29,388 nucleotides of DNA from Octopus sinensis (Eukaryota). The number at the start of each line of letters is the position of its first letter. Position 1 is the first letter of the stretch. Of this stretch, positions 10,304 to 21,640 are shown piece after piece. Location of the stretch: NCBI RefSeq assembly GCF_006345805.1, contig NW_021833155.1, positions 1 to 29,388 of the forward strand, written 5' to 3'. Position numbers and translations under genes: made by a program. A model generated the notes under the pieces. It had not been told where the DNA came from. It did no database searches and was given only the letters and a program-made list of their open reading frames with translations.

Positions 10304-11462
10304 TTGTGCAACTAAAACATTCGGTTGTGCAAATTCTTTGCACGGGAAACCTTCCCTGTGTGGCGGTAATTGCCGTTTTTGTGGATCTGTTTCAGCTTTT
10401 TTAGCGATTTCTGTTTTGGCGACTTCAAGCCATGAAGTCGTTATTCTAAAAGAACACTGGTCTCCTTGACAGCGCTTTATGACGTTGATTTCCCTACCCT
10501 GCCTTCCCCACAGCTTCACGAGGGAGGGAAGAAGGGGGAGAAGCAACACAGGTGCAGGTGCGAGCATGAACGCCAACGCCGCCACCGACACACGAAAAAA
10601 TTGGAAGAACCCAGACGACAGCTTCAGCCACCACCACCACCACCACCACCACTACCACCATGACCACCATCACCACTACGCCCATGACCATCACCACCAC
10701 CACCATCATCGAAGACCACCACCACCACCACCATCATCACCACCACCATCATCACCACCCCCACCACCTCGACCACCACCACCAACAACAACAACAACAC
10801 CACCACCACCACCACCACCATCACCACGACCACCATCACCACTACCAGCACCACCGCCTCCACCACCACCATACTATGCCTCTGCTCTCTCCTTTTGGCT
10901 ACTAAATCCATTACCATATTTCACAAGTACCATCGCCATACAATATTGCCTTCAAAAGTTTGTGTTTGGATAATATTTTTTAAGTAAAAGTTGTGCAACA
11001 ACTAAAACTTTCGGTTGTGCAAATTCTTTGTACGGGAAACCTTCCCTGTGTGGCGTGTTTCCCGATTTTGTAGGATTTGCTTTCTTAGCCATTTCTGTTT
11101 TGGTGTCTTCAAGCCATGAAGTCATTGTTCTAAAAGAACGCTGGTCTCCTCGACAACGCTTTACGACGTTGATTTTCTTACACTCCCTTCCCCACAGCTT
11201 CACGAGGGAGGGAAGAAGGGGGAGAAGCAACAACTTCCCTTTATTTAAAAAATATGCGTTAAAATGGAAAAAAATGATGTTAAATTATTTTTTAAATCGT
11301 AGACTCATCGTAGACGCGCGCTAATACCCAGACGGGCTCGATATGAATCATGACTATAAGATACCCGAATTTGGTTAAACTGCACCGCAAAATGTGGGAG
11401 TAGTTAGGAATCTAAATCGAAGGGGACAGACACTCACACAACTACAGTTTTATATATATAGA
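10304..11462 (-). mobile_element. Second, longer Helitron-family segment: own 5' TC end, no own 3' end, duplicated ~240-bp internal block
   Basis: 11235-11462 matches about 10075-10302, including the 5' terminus. 10304-10546 matches 10991-11233. Confidence 0.75.
10629..10872. repeat. (CAC)n trinucleotide microsatellite with CAT/CAA/GAC variants
   Basis: Directly visible. It produces the poly-His, poly-Pro and poly-Val ORFs. Confidence 0.95.
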
Positions 11463-11476
11463 TATATATATATATA

Positions 11477-11880
11477 GGCGCAGGAGTGGCTGTGTGGTAA
11501 GTAGCTTGTTTACCAACCACATGGTCCCGGGTTCAGTCCCACTGCGTGGCACCTTGGGCAAGTGTCTTCTACTATAGCCTTGGGCCGACCAAAGCCTTGT
11601 GAGTGGATTTGGTAGAGGGAAACTGAAAGAAGCCCGTCGTATATTTGTATATATATATATGCGTGTGTGTATTTGTGTGTCTGTGTTTGTCCCCCTAGCA
11701 TTGCTTATCAACTGATGCTGGTGTGTTTATGTCTCCGTTACTTAGCGGTTCGGCAAAAGAGACCGATAGAATAAGTACTGGGCTTACAAAAGAATAAGTC
11801 CCGGGGTCGGTTGCTCGATTAAAGGCGGTGCTCCAGCATGGCCGCAGTCAGATGACTGAAACAAGTAAAAGAGTAAAGAG
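11477..11880 (+). mobile_element. Full-length tRNA-derived SINE (octopus-type)
   Basis: Pol III A box TGGCTGTGTGG and B box GGTTCAGTCCC, an internal TA/TG microsatellite, and a 3' tail AAGTAAAAGAGTAAAGAG. At least eight related copies or fragments occur in the window. Confidence 0.92.
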
Positions 11881-11945
11881 TATATATATATATACATGTA
11901 TATATATATATACATGTATATATATATATACATGTATATATATAT

Positions 11946-12049
<104 letters not shown>

Positions 12050-12473
12050 CATATATGTAAGGAAAGTAACTGTAGAAGATATGTTGTAGTTATGTCCCGC
12101 TAACTACATATTTAAGGGATAGAATTGCAAAATACCTTCTAGAGTTACTTCCCTTGTATATTAGATTATTAGTAACTATAGAAGATATTTTGTAGTTATC
12201 TCCCTTAAAAATATAGTTGTCGTACTATACACTTTGTCGCTCTATTACATGCAAAGATTTACATTTGTAGCTATTTATGCTTTAAATATGTTGACCATAA
12301 AACCGTTATATTCTGAAGAAATCGTATGTGTGTGCGGGTTAGGGTTTTATGTGTGAGTGTGTAACTGTGTTTTCATTTCTGTGTGTGGGTGCCTACGTTT
12401 GTGTGTGACTATTTTCATTTCTGTGTGTATATGTTTGTAAGTGTGAGTGTTTGGATGTGTAACTATTTTCACT

Positions 12474-12520
<47 letters not shown>

Positions 12521-12644
12521 ATGTGTGTGTGTGAGTGAGTGTTTTCATTTCTGTGTGTTCGAGTGTGTGCGTGTGTAGGTGTGTAACTCTTTTCATTTCT
12601 GTGGTGAAATTTCTGTGTGTGTATTTATCTGTCGTATATAGCGT

Positions 12645-12728
<84 letters not shown>

Positions 12729-12730
<2 letters not shown>

Positions 12731-14768
12731 TTGAGTACAGAAATTCGGGGTGAGTACTTGATAAATGTAAGCACCTGTATATACCGTTAGGTGGTGTAGG
12801 TGGTGGAGTAAATTAATCAAAATAAAAACATGATGCCAAGGATTCAGCGGTACATATGTTTCGGGCCTTTATTAGACAGATTTATAACAATGCATAATGT
12901 ATGTCTGTGGCCTTCTTCAGCCGCGCACAACAACCTCTTCCACAAGGACATGTGTTACATCAAAAATTCTTGGTTGGGGATGCAAATCCTCTCATTCGCG
13001 TACGACATAATGCGGCAACAGCATAGAAGTGAAGCGTCCATCTCGTTCTTCTCTCAATGTAGAATGAGGAAATTTGGATGTTGAAGTAATGTAAATAAAT
13101 TAATAAATAAATGTATACATATATAAATACATAAATACAGACAGACGTGAAGTGACCTGGTAATAAGAGTAATTAGGGGTAAAGATGGAGGGGCGAGAAT
13201 TCAGGACGAAGGATAAAAAATATATAAAAAATATATAAAAAAGTGTAAGTATAGGAAAAGTGTAGAGTATAAAGATATAAAGAGATATAAGGAGATATAA
13301 AGGGGATATAAAGATTATAAAAACATATAAATGAATATAAAGGAATAAGGTTATAAAATAGAATAGAAATAAAAATAAAAATAAAAATAAAAAAGAATAG
13401 AAATAAAAATAAAAATAAAAATAGGAATAAAAATAATAAAACGTGTAAAAGAATATAATGATAAGGGATGTATAATGGTCACGGACCAGACATAGTGGTC
13501 AGGAAAATGACAAAATCTAGTTGTAGCAGTTTCGGGTGTCAATAAATCAATCAACGGCGGTGTCTGGGGACTTAGCGTGTTGTAAATCTGAGTTGTGGAT
13601 CAGCTAATCTAGTTTCTCGAATTAAGGGGTCATCATGTACCTACATACCCGCATGGATACATACACTCATATACACGCGCACATATACGCACGCATACAC
13701 AGCTCCAAGCATATAAGCCTACATACGTACTCACGTGTGAACATATACAGAAACATATATACACACCCACACACGCATACATATATACGTACAACAGACA
13801 ATGCGCACATATACACGGACATTATACGCGTACGTATACATATATACACATACATACACACACGCGCACATACACGTATACACATATGCATACATATATG
13901 CACATGTATACATATACATACATACACCCATACACACACCTACACATACATACGCACGTCCATTTTTACATACACATACACAGATGCCTACACATGCAGG
14001 TTTAGATATAAGGTATTAAAAGATGTATATAAGAACGCATGTAAAGAATCACGCGCTCGCGTCTACATGTACACGCACACACAACTGTGTGTCTATATGT
14101 GCGTGCACACATACACTTACATACACATACAGAGACAAATGCGCGTATAGGTATAGTTGTAAGATATTAAAAGATGTATGCAAATATGTGCATGTAAGAA
14201 ATCTGCGAAAACATGTAAGGCAACATGTAAAGCAACATGTAAAGGATTACTAAAGAAAACTCTGCACATCCAGACGTAGATGTTTACTCGTACATACGGA
14301 CACGCATGCATACGTATACACACGTACATGGGCGCACGTATAATCATAAAGCGGATCCATGGATATGAGAATAAGGGAAAAGCAAAAAATAGACGTATAA
14401 AGTGATAAGTTAGGGGTAAAAGTAGGGGTTAGAATGAGAATAAAAGTAAGAAATACAATATAAAATAAGAAATACAATATAAAAGTTAGAAATAAATTAT
14501 AAAAATTTAAAAATTTTAGAAATAAAAAATAAAAAATTTTAGAAATAAAATATAAAATATAAAATTAAAATGTAAAAATTAAAAATTAAAAATTATAAGG
14601 AATGAAAATAAAAATAAGAATAAAGCGAAATAGAATAGGATAAAGTAAAAAAACAATATAATCGGGTAAAGCTTAACATGAGATGGAGGAAAAGATAAAA
14701 GGTGGTTGAATATATACGTACACACACACACACATATATATATATATACACACACACATATATATATG

Positions 14769-14802
<34 letters not shown>

Positions 14803-16590
14803 TACACACACATACATACACGCACATATATATAGGAAAGCGGGATGCGCTGGAGTCGACAGGTTGCACCGTGTGGGAGGAAATTGCATGGGGGAGTTGG
14901 TATAATAGTCTAAGCTTTGTAGTATTTGAAAGTACTAATAAGTTTGTGTATACAGGATGGTTTGAATTCCGACCTTTTGTTAATAAAGCTGTGTTTGTCC
15001 TTGAATTTCAAGATGTTCAGGAGTTCTACACAACATAGTTGGCATCCTGCTCTATCATTTAAATAAGGTGCAGCTGATCCGATGATGGACCACCTGAGTT
15101 TGAAACCTATGCTTTTGTCTTTTAATTCCCAAATTTTTTTAGAAAGAGAGGTACTATTAGCCTTATGTCTGTGTTTCAGCGAGGACCGGTGGTTGTAGTA
15201 TCTGGATTTCCAGGAGGTTGAGCAACCTATGTAGGTGAGTGTGTTAAACTGGGTACTCACCTCACATGAATATATTACGTTTTTCGCCCTACATGCACCC
15301 CGTAGCGGACACTCGGATGCACATATGCAGTTGCAGTGCATTGTATTACCCGGTCGTGTGCTGTTAATCCCAGGCGGAGGTGTTGCATTACGTGTGGGGG
15401 CGTTGATATCCTCCTGGTTGTTGATGGGTGTGGTATTGCCTCTGTTTTGTTGTCGGGTGTTATTACTAACTGCTTGGGTATTATGGCTGCCAGCTTGATT
15501 ATATTGTCTACTGTCTGGGTGAGGGGGGTTCGGTTGGTCGCTATAGTTTGCTCTTGATCTAGCTGTTCTAATATTAATATAGTTATGTTTAGCTATGAGG
15601 CAGCTCATGTTGGGCAGGGTAGAGTAGGAAATCCTAATGGTTTTGTTGGAGAAGATACTTCTATATTTATGGGTGGGTGGGAAGTTGTCGGAAATGATAG
15701 AGAATATTCTCTTACATAACTTACCCCTAACTGCTAAGTTGTATGGTATGTTGTACCATATATATTTGCGTAATCTATTATTATCGTTTCTATTTCTCCT
15801 AATAGAATCTATATTGTTCTCGTCGGGGGGGGGGGGCTACTATTGTGTGCTATTCTATTAGTTCGCCTATTTCCTATACGTTGTTTAGAATTTAAATAAG
15901 AATTATCGTTAGCATGAGTTGAGTGCGGGGTTCGATTATAATTGGGAGTTTTACGGCCGACGGACGTTCCTGGGTGGTCTACATATGATATTCTCTGGTC
16001 ATACCCAGCACTCGAGAGAGCCTGGTTGTAGTGATGCGCGTGATTATTGAAAATTTCTCTGTTAGAGGATAGTTTAGTAAGTCTGTCCGAGATGGCTTGG
16101 ACCGTGGTGCTAATTATACAGGGTGGATGGTTGGAAGAGGTGTGGATATATTTGGTTGTTTCTTCGGGTTTCCTATACGGGTGGTGAAGGTACTTATTCA
16201 AGTCTAACGTAACATCTAGGAAGTTTACTATTTTAGTGTTGGTCATAAATTCTAGTTTAAGATTGAAGGACTTGAAAAAAGCCTGATCTTTTTCCTAATT
16301 CTTTCTAGTTTACTCCTATTGTTGGTGGGGTATATGAAGAGAGCGTCATCCCTGTATAGACCCCCCTGGAGATCCGGTACCTCGGAGAAAAGCTTCTTGA
16401 GTAGGTAGGCCCCGACCAAGTCAGTCACCTGAGCTGAATCGCTCGAGCCCATAGCCACATCAAAATTTTCGGGGGTATCGGATCTGGTCCAAAGTCTACC
16501 GTCGAATTCTATTATAGTTTTTCTGGCTAATAGTATTATGTCAATTTTTTCTCTGTCTATGAGTGAAATAGATATACGTGTATATACCCA
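12729..16590 (-). mobile_element. 5'-truncated Penelope-like retroelement (probably Naiad clade) with a ~2.2-kb microsatellite-rich 3' region ending in a hammerhead-bearing pLTR
   Basis: RT and GIY-YIG coding region at 14910-16590, a same-strand hammerhead at 12847-12924, and a 3' end abutting pure (TA)n. Inclusion of the whole intervening 3' region is inferred. Confidence 0.8.
12847..12924 (-). ncRNA. Type I hammerhead ribozyme in the 3' pLTR of the Penelope-like element
   Basis: Minus strand reads GCGG [CUGAAGA] aGGCC..long stem II..GGCCc [GAAA] CAUAUG [UA] CCGC. Stem III is the palindrome ACAUAUGU. The first pair of stem II is an A-C mismatch. Confidence 0.82.
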
Positions 16591-16593
16591 CAC
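14910..16593 (-). CDS. Penelope-like reverse transcriptase plus GIY-YIG endonuclease; 5'-truncated, two homopolymer frameshifts, ~560 aa when rejoined
   Basis: RT motifs FDVAMGSSDSAQVTDLVG, GLYRDDAL, VNFLDVTLDL, PYRKP and YIHTSSNHPP. The linker RKYIWYNIPY..ISYSTLPNM is followed by CNC..CPLRGAC..VIY..YIG..RYYNH and CQLC..E..INKRSE..CIH. Frameshifts fall at A6 16275-16280 and G12 15825-15836, with no internal stops in the rejoined frame. Confidence 0.93.
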
Positions 16594-16764
16594 ACGTAAA
16601 TGTAGTATCTAAAACAAAAAAGAAACTGTAAGGGGTGGAACGGGAGATCTTTCCGTTTTATTAAGAAAACTTGCATCTGTATGTGTGATAGTACGTGCGT
16701 GCAATCTCGTGTGCCCTTCGAGTGCGAACAAACATACACACACACACACATTTAAACTTATATA

Positions 16765-17070
16765 CGACGGGATTCTTTCAGTTTCCTTCCACTAAATCCA
16801 ATCACAAGGATTAGGTCGGCCCTGGGCTACAGTAGTAGACAATTGCAGAAGATGACAGGCAGTGGGATTGAACCCGAAACCATGTGGTTCGTAAGCAAAC
16901 TACTTACAACATAGCAATTCCTACGCCGATATATACGACGGGCTTCTTTCAGTTTCCCTCTACAAACTCCACTCAGAATACTTCGATCGGCCCTAGGCTA
17001 TAGTTGAATACACTTGCCGAAGGTGCAACGCTGTTGGTTTGAACTCAGCACATTGCGGTTCGTGAGCAAT
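16765..17070 (-). mobile_element. Two tandem 5' halves of the tRNA-derived SINE
   Basis: ACGACGGG.TTCTTTCAGTTTCC occurs at about 16764 and 16936, each followed by the reverse complement of the SINE head. Confidence 0.85.
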
Positions 17071-17469
17071 CATTCTCACAGAAATGCGCGCACAAACAGA
17101 CACAGAATGTCACGGTTTAAAGGTCAACATGTTTAAAACATAAATAGCTACGAGTTTGCGTATATGCATGTATCTATGTGCCTGGGTGCGGACGTGTGTT
17201 TCCAGAATGTCTCAGTTTTAAGGTCAACATATTTAAAACATAAATAGGTACGAGATTGCGTCTTTGCATGTATCTATATTCGTGGGTGCGGACGTGTGGG
17301 TGTTTGTGCGTGTGTGAGCACAGTCCACCTATACCCAAGCTGGTTGCATCGTCTCATAAGAACCAGCCGTGAAAGTTCCGGATCCCATTAATGAACTCAT
17401 TTGCATACAAACAATTAGGGCTCGCCTTGAACTTGTCCGGTTAACAAACAGTAGTGTCTGAATGGGAAT

Positions 17470-17610
17470 TAGCTTGCTTACCTAACAAATGTCTTCGGGT
17501 TCAGTCCCACTGGGTGGCACGTTGGGCAAATGTCTTCTACTATAGTCTCGGGCCGACCAAAGCCCTGTGAGTGGATTTGGAAGACGGAAACTAAAAGAAG
17601 CCTGTCGTAT
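17470..17610 (+). mobile_element. Partial SINE (5' half)
   Basis: GGGTTCAGTCCCACT..GGGCCGACCAAAGCC..AAGAAGCCTGTCGTAT matches 11500-11640. Confidence 0.88.
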
Positions 17611-17842
17611 ATATATATATTTGTTAGGTAAGCAAGCTATTTCCCATACAGACGCTCCGGTTTGTTAACCTGAGAACAAGTTCAAGGTGATATATATAGA
17701 TGAGTGTATTTTACCTTGTTAACATTTAACACGGATAAATGAATGAATAGTTACCAGGACAGCAAAAATCTCACAAGTAAAGATGTTGTAACTCCTTGTT
17801 TATAAAGGTTGAAACTTCGTGTTTACGTTGAATATTTGAATA

Positions 17843-17931
17843 ATAGGAATAAAAAATGGAGTTAAACAGACACACAGGTTTAAACAAGTATACTTGTTTA
17901 AACCTGCGTTAACTCCATTTTTTATTCCTAT
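17843..17931. repeat. Long palindrome (32-bp perfect core, 23-bp outer arms) abutting (TA)n
   Basis: CAGGTTTAAACAAGTA|TACTTGTTTAAACCTG at 17875-17906, and ATAGGAATAAAAAATGGAGTTAA with its reverse complement at 17909-17931. Confidence 0.93.
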
Positions 17932-17934
17932 ATA

Positions 17935-17990
<56 letters not shown>

Positions 17991-18036
17991 AATATATATA
18001 TATATACACATGTATATATATATAATATATATATAT

Positions 18037-18076
<40 letters not shown>

Positions 18077-18087
18077 TATATATATAT

Positions 18088-18126
<39 letters not shown>

Positions 18127-18186
18127 TATATATATACATATATATACATATATATATATAATATATATATAATATATATATAATAT

Positions 18187-18235
<49 letters not shown>

Positions 18236-18269
18236 TATATATTATAATATATATATATATATATATATA

Positions 18270-18312
<43 letters not shown>

Positions 18313-18420
18313 AAAACAACTTTGATAAAAAATTATACCTACTTTTCTGACGAAAATAATGCCGTTCTGAACATTTTGGCCGCAACTGTATATATATTGA
18401 TATATACGTATATATTGATA

Positions 18421-18780
18421 GCCGTAGGAGTGGTTTTGTGATAGGAAGTTTGCTTACGAACCGCAGTGTTCTGGATTCAGTCCCACAGCGTGGCACCTAC
18501 GGCAAATGACTTCTACCATAGCTTCGGGCCGACCAAAGCCTTGTGAGTGGATATGGGAGACGGAAATTGAAAGAAGCCCGTTTGTGTGTCTGTTTATCCC
18601 TCGAATATCGCTTCACAACCGACGCTGGTGTGTTCACGTTCCCATAACTGATGGGTTCAGCAAAACAGGACGATAGATTAAGTGCTATGCCTACAAAAAA
18701 TAGGTCCTGGGGTCTATTTCCTCGACTAAAGGCGGTGTTCCAGCATGGCCGTAGCGAAATTACTGAAAATAGGAAAATAG
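18421..18780 (+). mobile_element. Diverged near-full-length tRNA-derived SINE
   Basis: Colinear with 11477-11880, with the internal microsatellite mostly deleted. Confidence 0.88.
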
Positions 18781-18884
18781 TAACTTGCGAAAAAATTGTA
18801 TATTCTAACCACATGTTCATAGGAGATAACTGAAATGAATATTTTCTAGAGTTACCTCCCTTGCATTTTATATCAACGACGCTA

Positions 18885-19075
18885 TTTGTTTCATTCATTT
18901 GACTGTGCCCATGCTGTAGCACCGCCTTTTCTCAAGCAAATCGACCCCAGGACTTATTCTTTCTAAGCCTAGTATTTATTCTATCGGTCTCTTTTGCCGA
19001 ACCGCTAAGTTACGGGGACGTAAACACACCAGCATCGGTTGTCAAGCGATGTTGGAGGCAGAAACTCAGACACAG
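18885..19075 (-). mobile_element. 3' half of the SINE, inverted relative to the neighbouring copy
   Basis: TTCTATCGGTCTCTTTTGCCGAACCGCTAAG is the reverse complement of 11741-11772. Confidence 0.9.
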
Positions 19076-19509
19076 AAACACATACACACACACAACCATG
19101 TGGTTGGTAAGCAAGCTATTTCCCATATATACACAAACAATGATGTTCTGAACGTTTTGGCCGCAACTGTACGTATATACATATATACATATTGATAGCC
19201 GTAGGAGTGGTTTGTTAACCTGAGAACAAGTTCAAGGTGAGCTCTGATTGGTTGTATGCAAATCACTTCATTAATGGGGTCCGGAACTCTCGTATGAGAA
19301 AAAACTTTCACGGCTGGGTCACATGAGTCGATGCGACTACCTTGGATATGCGTGGACTGTGCTCACACACGCACAAACACCCACACGTCCACACTCACGC
19401 TCATAGATACATGTAATGGCGCAAACTCGTAGCAATTTATGTTTTAAATATGTTGACATTAAAACCGAGACATTCTGGAGAAATTGTATGAGTGTGTGGG
19501 TCAGCCAAT

Positions 19510-19570
<61 letters not shown>

Positions 19571-20159
19571 CGGCTTTTCATATCAGTGATTGTGTGTGCG
19601 TGTGACAGAAATAATCATTTTCTGTGTGTGTGTGTGTGTGAGCGACTGTGTGTTTTTATTTGTTTGTGTGTGTGCGACAATTACAGCAACAACAAACACA
19701 CATTTTCATATCACTAACTACGAAATCACCAGAAATTCAATTTATTGCGTCGTTAGCGACTACAGATATTGCTCATATGGCGACAATGTATTTTATTTCA
19801 AAAGTTGATAAAACAAATTCTCATTCTGGGGTGGAGGGGGCTGAGGTTCTAACTTGGGGTGCTAAGCACCCAATGCCCCCCGGTCACAATTGGTCTCATT
19901 CTGAGACCTCTCGGGTGTGAAATATTTGTTACAGGCTCAGTCTTTGGCCTCACTTTTGTGGATTTTGGGAAGTTAACAGAAGTTACTGAATTTGCAGTCA
20001 AATCTAGTTAAGTAATTTCTCTCCTTTTTTGTTAAGTTTTGTTGGAACTGGTGGATAAGAGGACAGTTTGGTCATTATCTTATATTGACTTTAGTTGTTG
20101 CATTTTAATAGTAGGTATTGGCTTGAAGGAGGGTTAGGTGTTTATGCAGTTTCCTGGTG

Positions 20160-20345
20160 GTGGGGGGACAAACACAGGCGCACAATCGTATACATATATA
20201 CAAATATATAAGACGGGCTTTTTTCAGTTTCCGCTACCATATCCAATCATAAGGATGCGGTCGGCCTGAGGCTATAGAAGAAAACACTTGCAGTGGGACT
20301 GAACCCGGAAGCATGTGGTTGGTAAGCATGCAACTTATCACACAC
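20160..20345 (-). mobile_element. Partial SINE
   Basis: GGGGGACAAACACAG..GACGGGCTTTTTTCAGTTTCC..GGGACTGAACCCGG. Confidence 0.85.
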
Positions 20346-20607
20346 ACACACACACACTCACACTTACATAGACACACACATAGGTATATATATGTGAGTT
20401 TGAAATATATCCTCATATCTCCAGAATTCAAACCTACATTAATATGGATGGATTTACATTTTCTGTGAACTAACAGGTTTTTTAAGACTGTGCAACATTA
20501 GAGAACTTTGGAAGTCTGCTTATTATCTAAATCTGATTTTTATAGAACTATCCTTGATGCTTCATGGGTGCAGCCTCACCCCCCTAAGATGTTTGGCGAA
20601 CTCAGAT

Positions 20608-20703
20608 GTGTTTTGGCTGATGAGTACGGGTCGCTTGTATTTGCTGCAATATTTGCAGCCTTAATAAAGCTGGTCTTCGTATGAAACAATTGTACTGAAA
20701 TAC
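20608..20703 (+). ncRNA. Type I hammerhead ribozyme with an extended stem II
   Basis: GUGUUUUGG [CUGAUGA] GUACGG..GCUU..GCUGCAA uau UUGCAGC..AAGC..UCGUAU [GAAA] CAAUUG [UA] CUGAAAUAC. Stem I is 9 bp including G-U pairs, stem III is the palindrome ACAAUUGU, and the triplet is GUA. Confidence 0.87.
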
Positions 20704-20848
20704 TAATCCCTTTTTGTTGCTTTTTTCTTGTTTATAATTACCCCGCATTATCTTATGGTTAATACCATATAGATTTCTGGTGCATCTAAGTTAAGTACCG
20801 CATTCATGTGAATTCAACGGAACTCACTTGAATCTTAATTGCTTTTAC

Positions 20849-20911
<63 letters not shown>

Positions 20912-20980
20912 ATATATATATAATATATATATATATATTATATATATATATGTATATATGTATATATATGTGTATATATG

Positions 20981-21045
<65 letters not shown>

Positions 21046-21063
21046 GATATATATATATATAGA

Positions 21064-21106
<43 letters not shown>

Positions 21107-21384
21107 GTATATGTATATATATATACATATATATATATATACATATATATATACATATATATATCACCAAATACCTCACTGATGTTTCAAGCTGTTTGAG
21201 ATGCATTGGTTCCATGATGGAACTCATATTCATAAACATGAATTTTTAATATATTTAATTGATTTACAAGAGACATCATGAATTGCATTTCGAAAAGTGA
21301 TGTAATTTTTGAATGTTGTAAAACAAAGAATTGTTAGGATAAAACATTAGAGTTAACGACTGTCAAACTTACTGCATAAGAGGA

Positions 21385-21525
21385 TCGGACTCCATCGTTT
21401 CTATGGTTAGATGCACATCCTAATGCCAACTACTCCAAGAGTGTAATGGGTTCTTTTACATGCCATCGGCAATAGTATCTGTCACTACTGCAATATTACT
21501 TGGCTTGATGGATCTTCTCAAGGTC
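21385..21525 (-). mobile_element. Degenerate fragment of an RTE-related dispersed repeat
   Basis: TTTCTATGGTTAGATGC..TCCTAATGCCAACTACTCC resembles a recalled octopus repeat. Confidence 0.4.
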
Positions 21526-21530
21526 AAGTT

Positions 21531-21640
21531 GCTTTAGATTGTGCTGCATTAGATTGTGCTATGATTGTGCAATACTTTAGATTGTGCTATGATTGTGCTT
21601 AGATTGTGCAATGCTTTAGATTGTGCTATGATTGTGCTGC
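21531..21640. repeat. Short irregular tandem repeat of GATTGTGC-based units at the LINE break point
   Basis: TTAGATTGTGCTATGATTGTGC recurs about three times, plus partial copies. Confidence 0.85.

Noticed and set aside
10466-10973. Poly-His/poly-Pro (extensin-like) ORFs
   Set aside because: They come from a (CAC)n tract inside a Helitron-family repeat, with no gene structure.
11477-11560. tRNA gene
   Set aside because: A and B boxes are present, but this is a SINE head continuing into the SINE body, with no complete cloverleaf.
13590-13640. SECIS-like AUGA..AAA..UGAU in the Penelope 3' region (some Naiads encode selenoproteins)
   Set aside because: The helix is weak and there is no in-frame UGA in the retained ORF.
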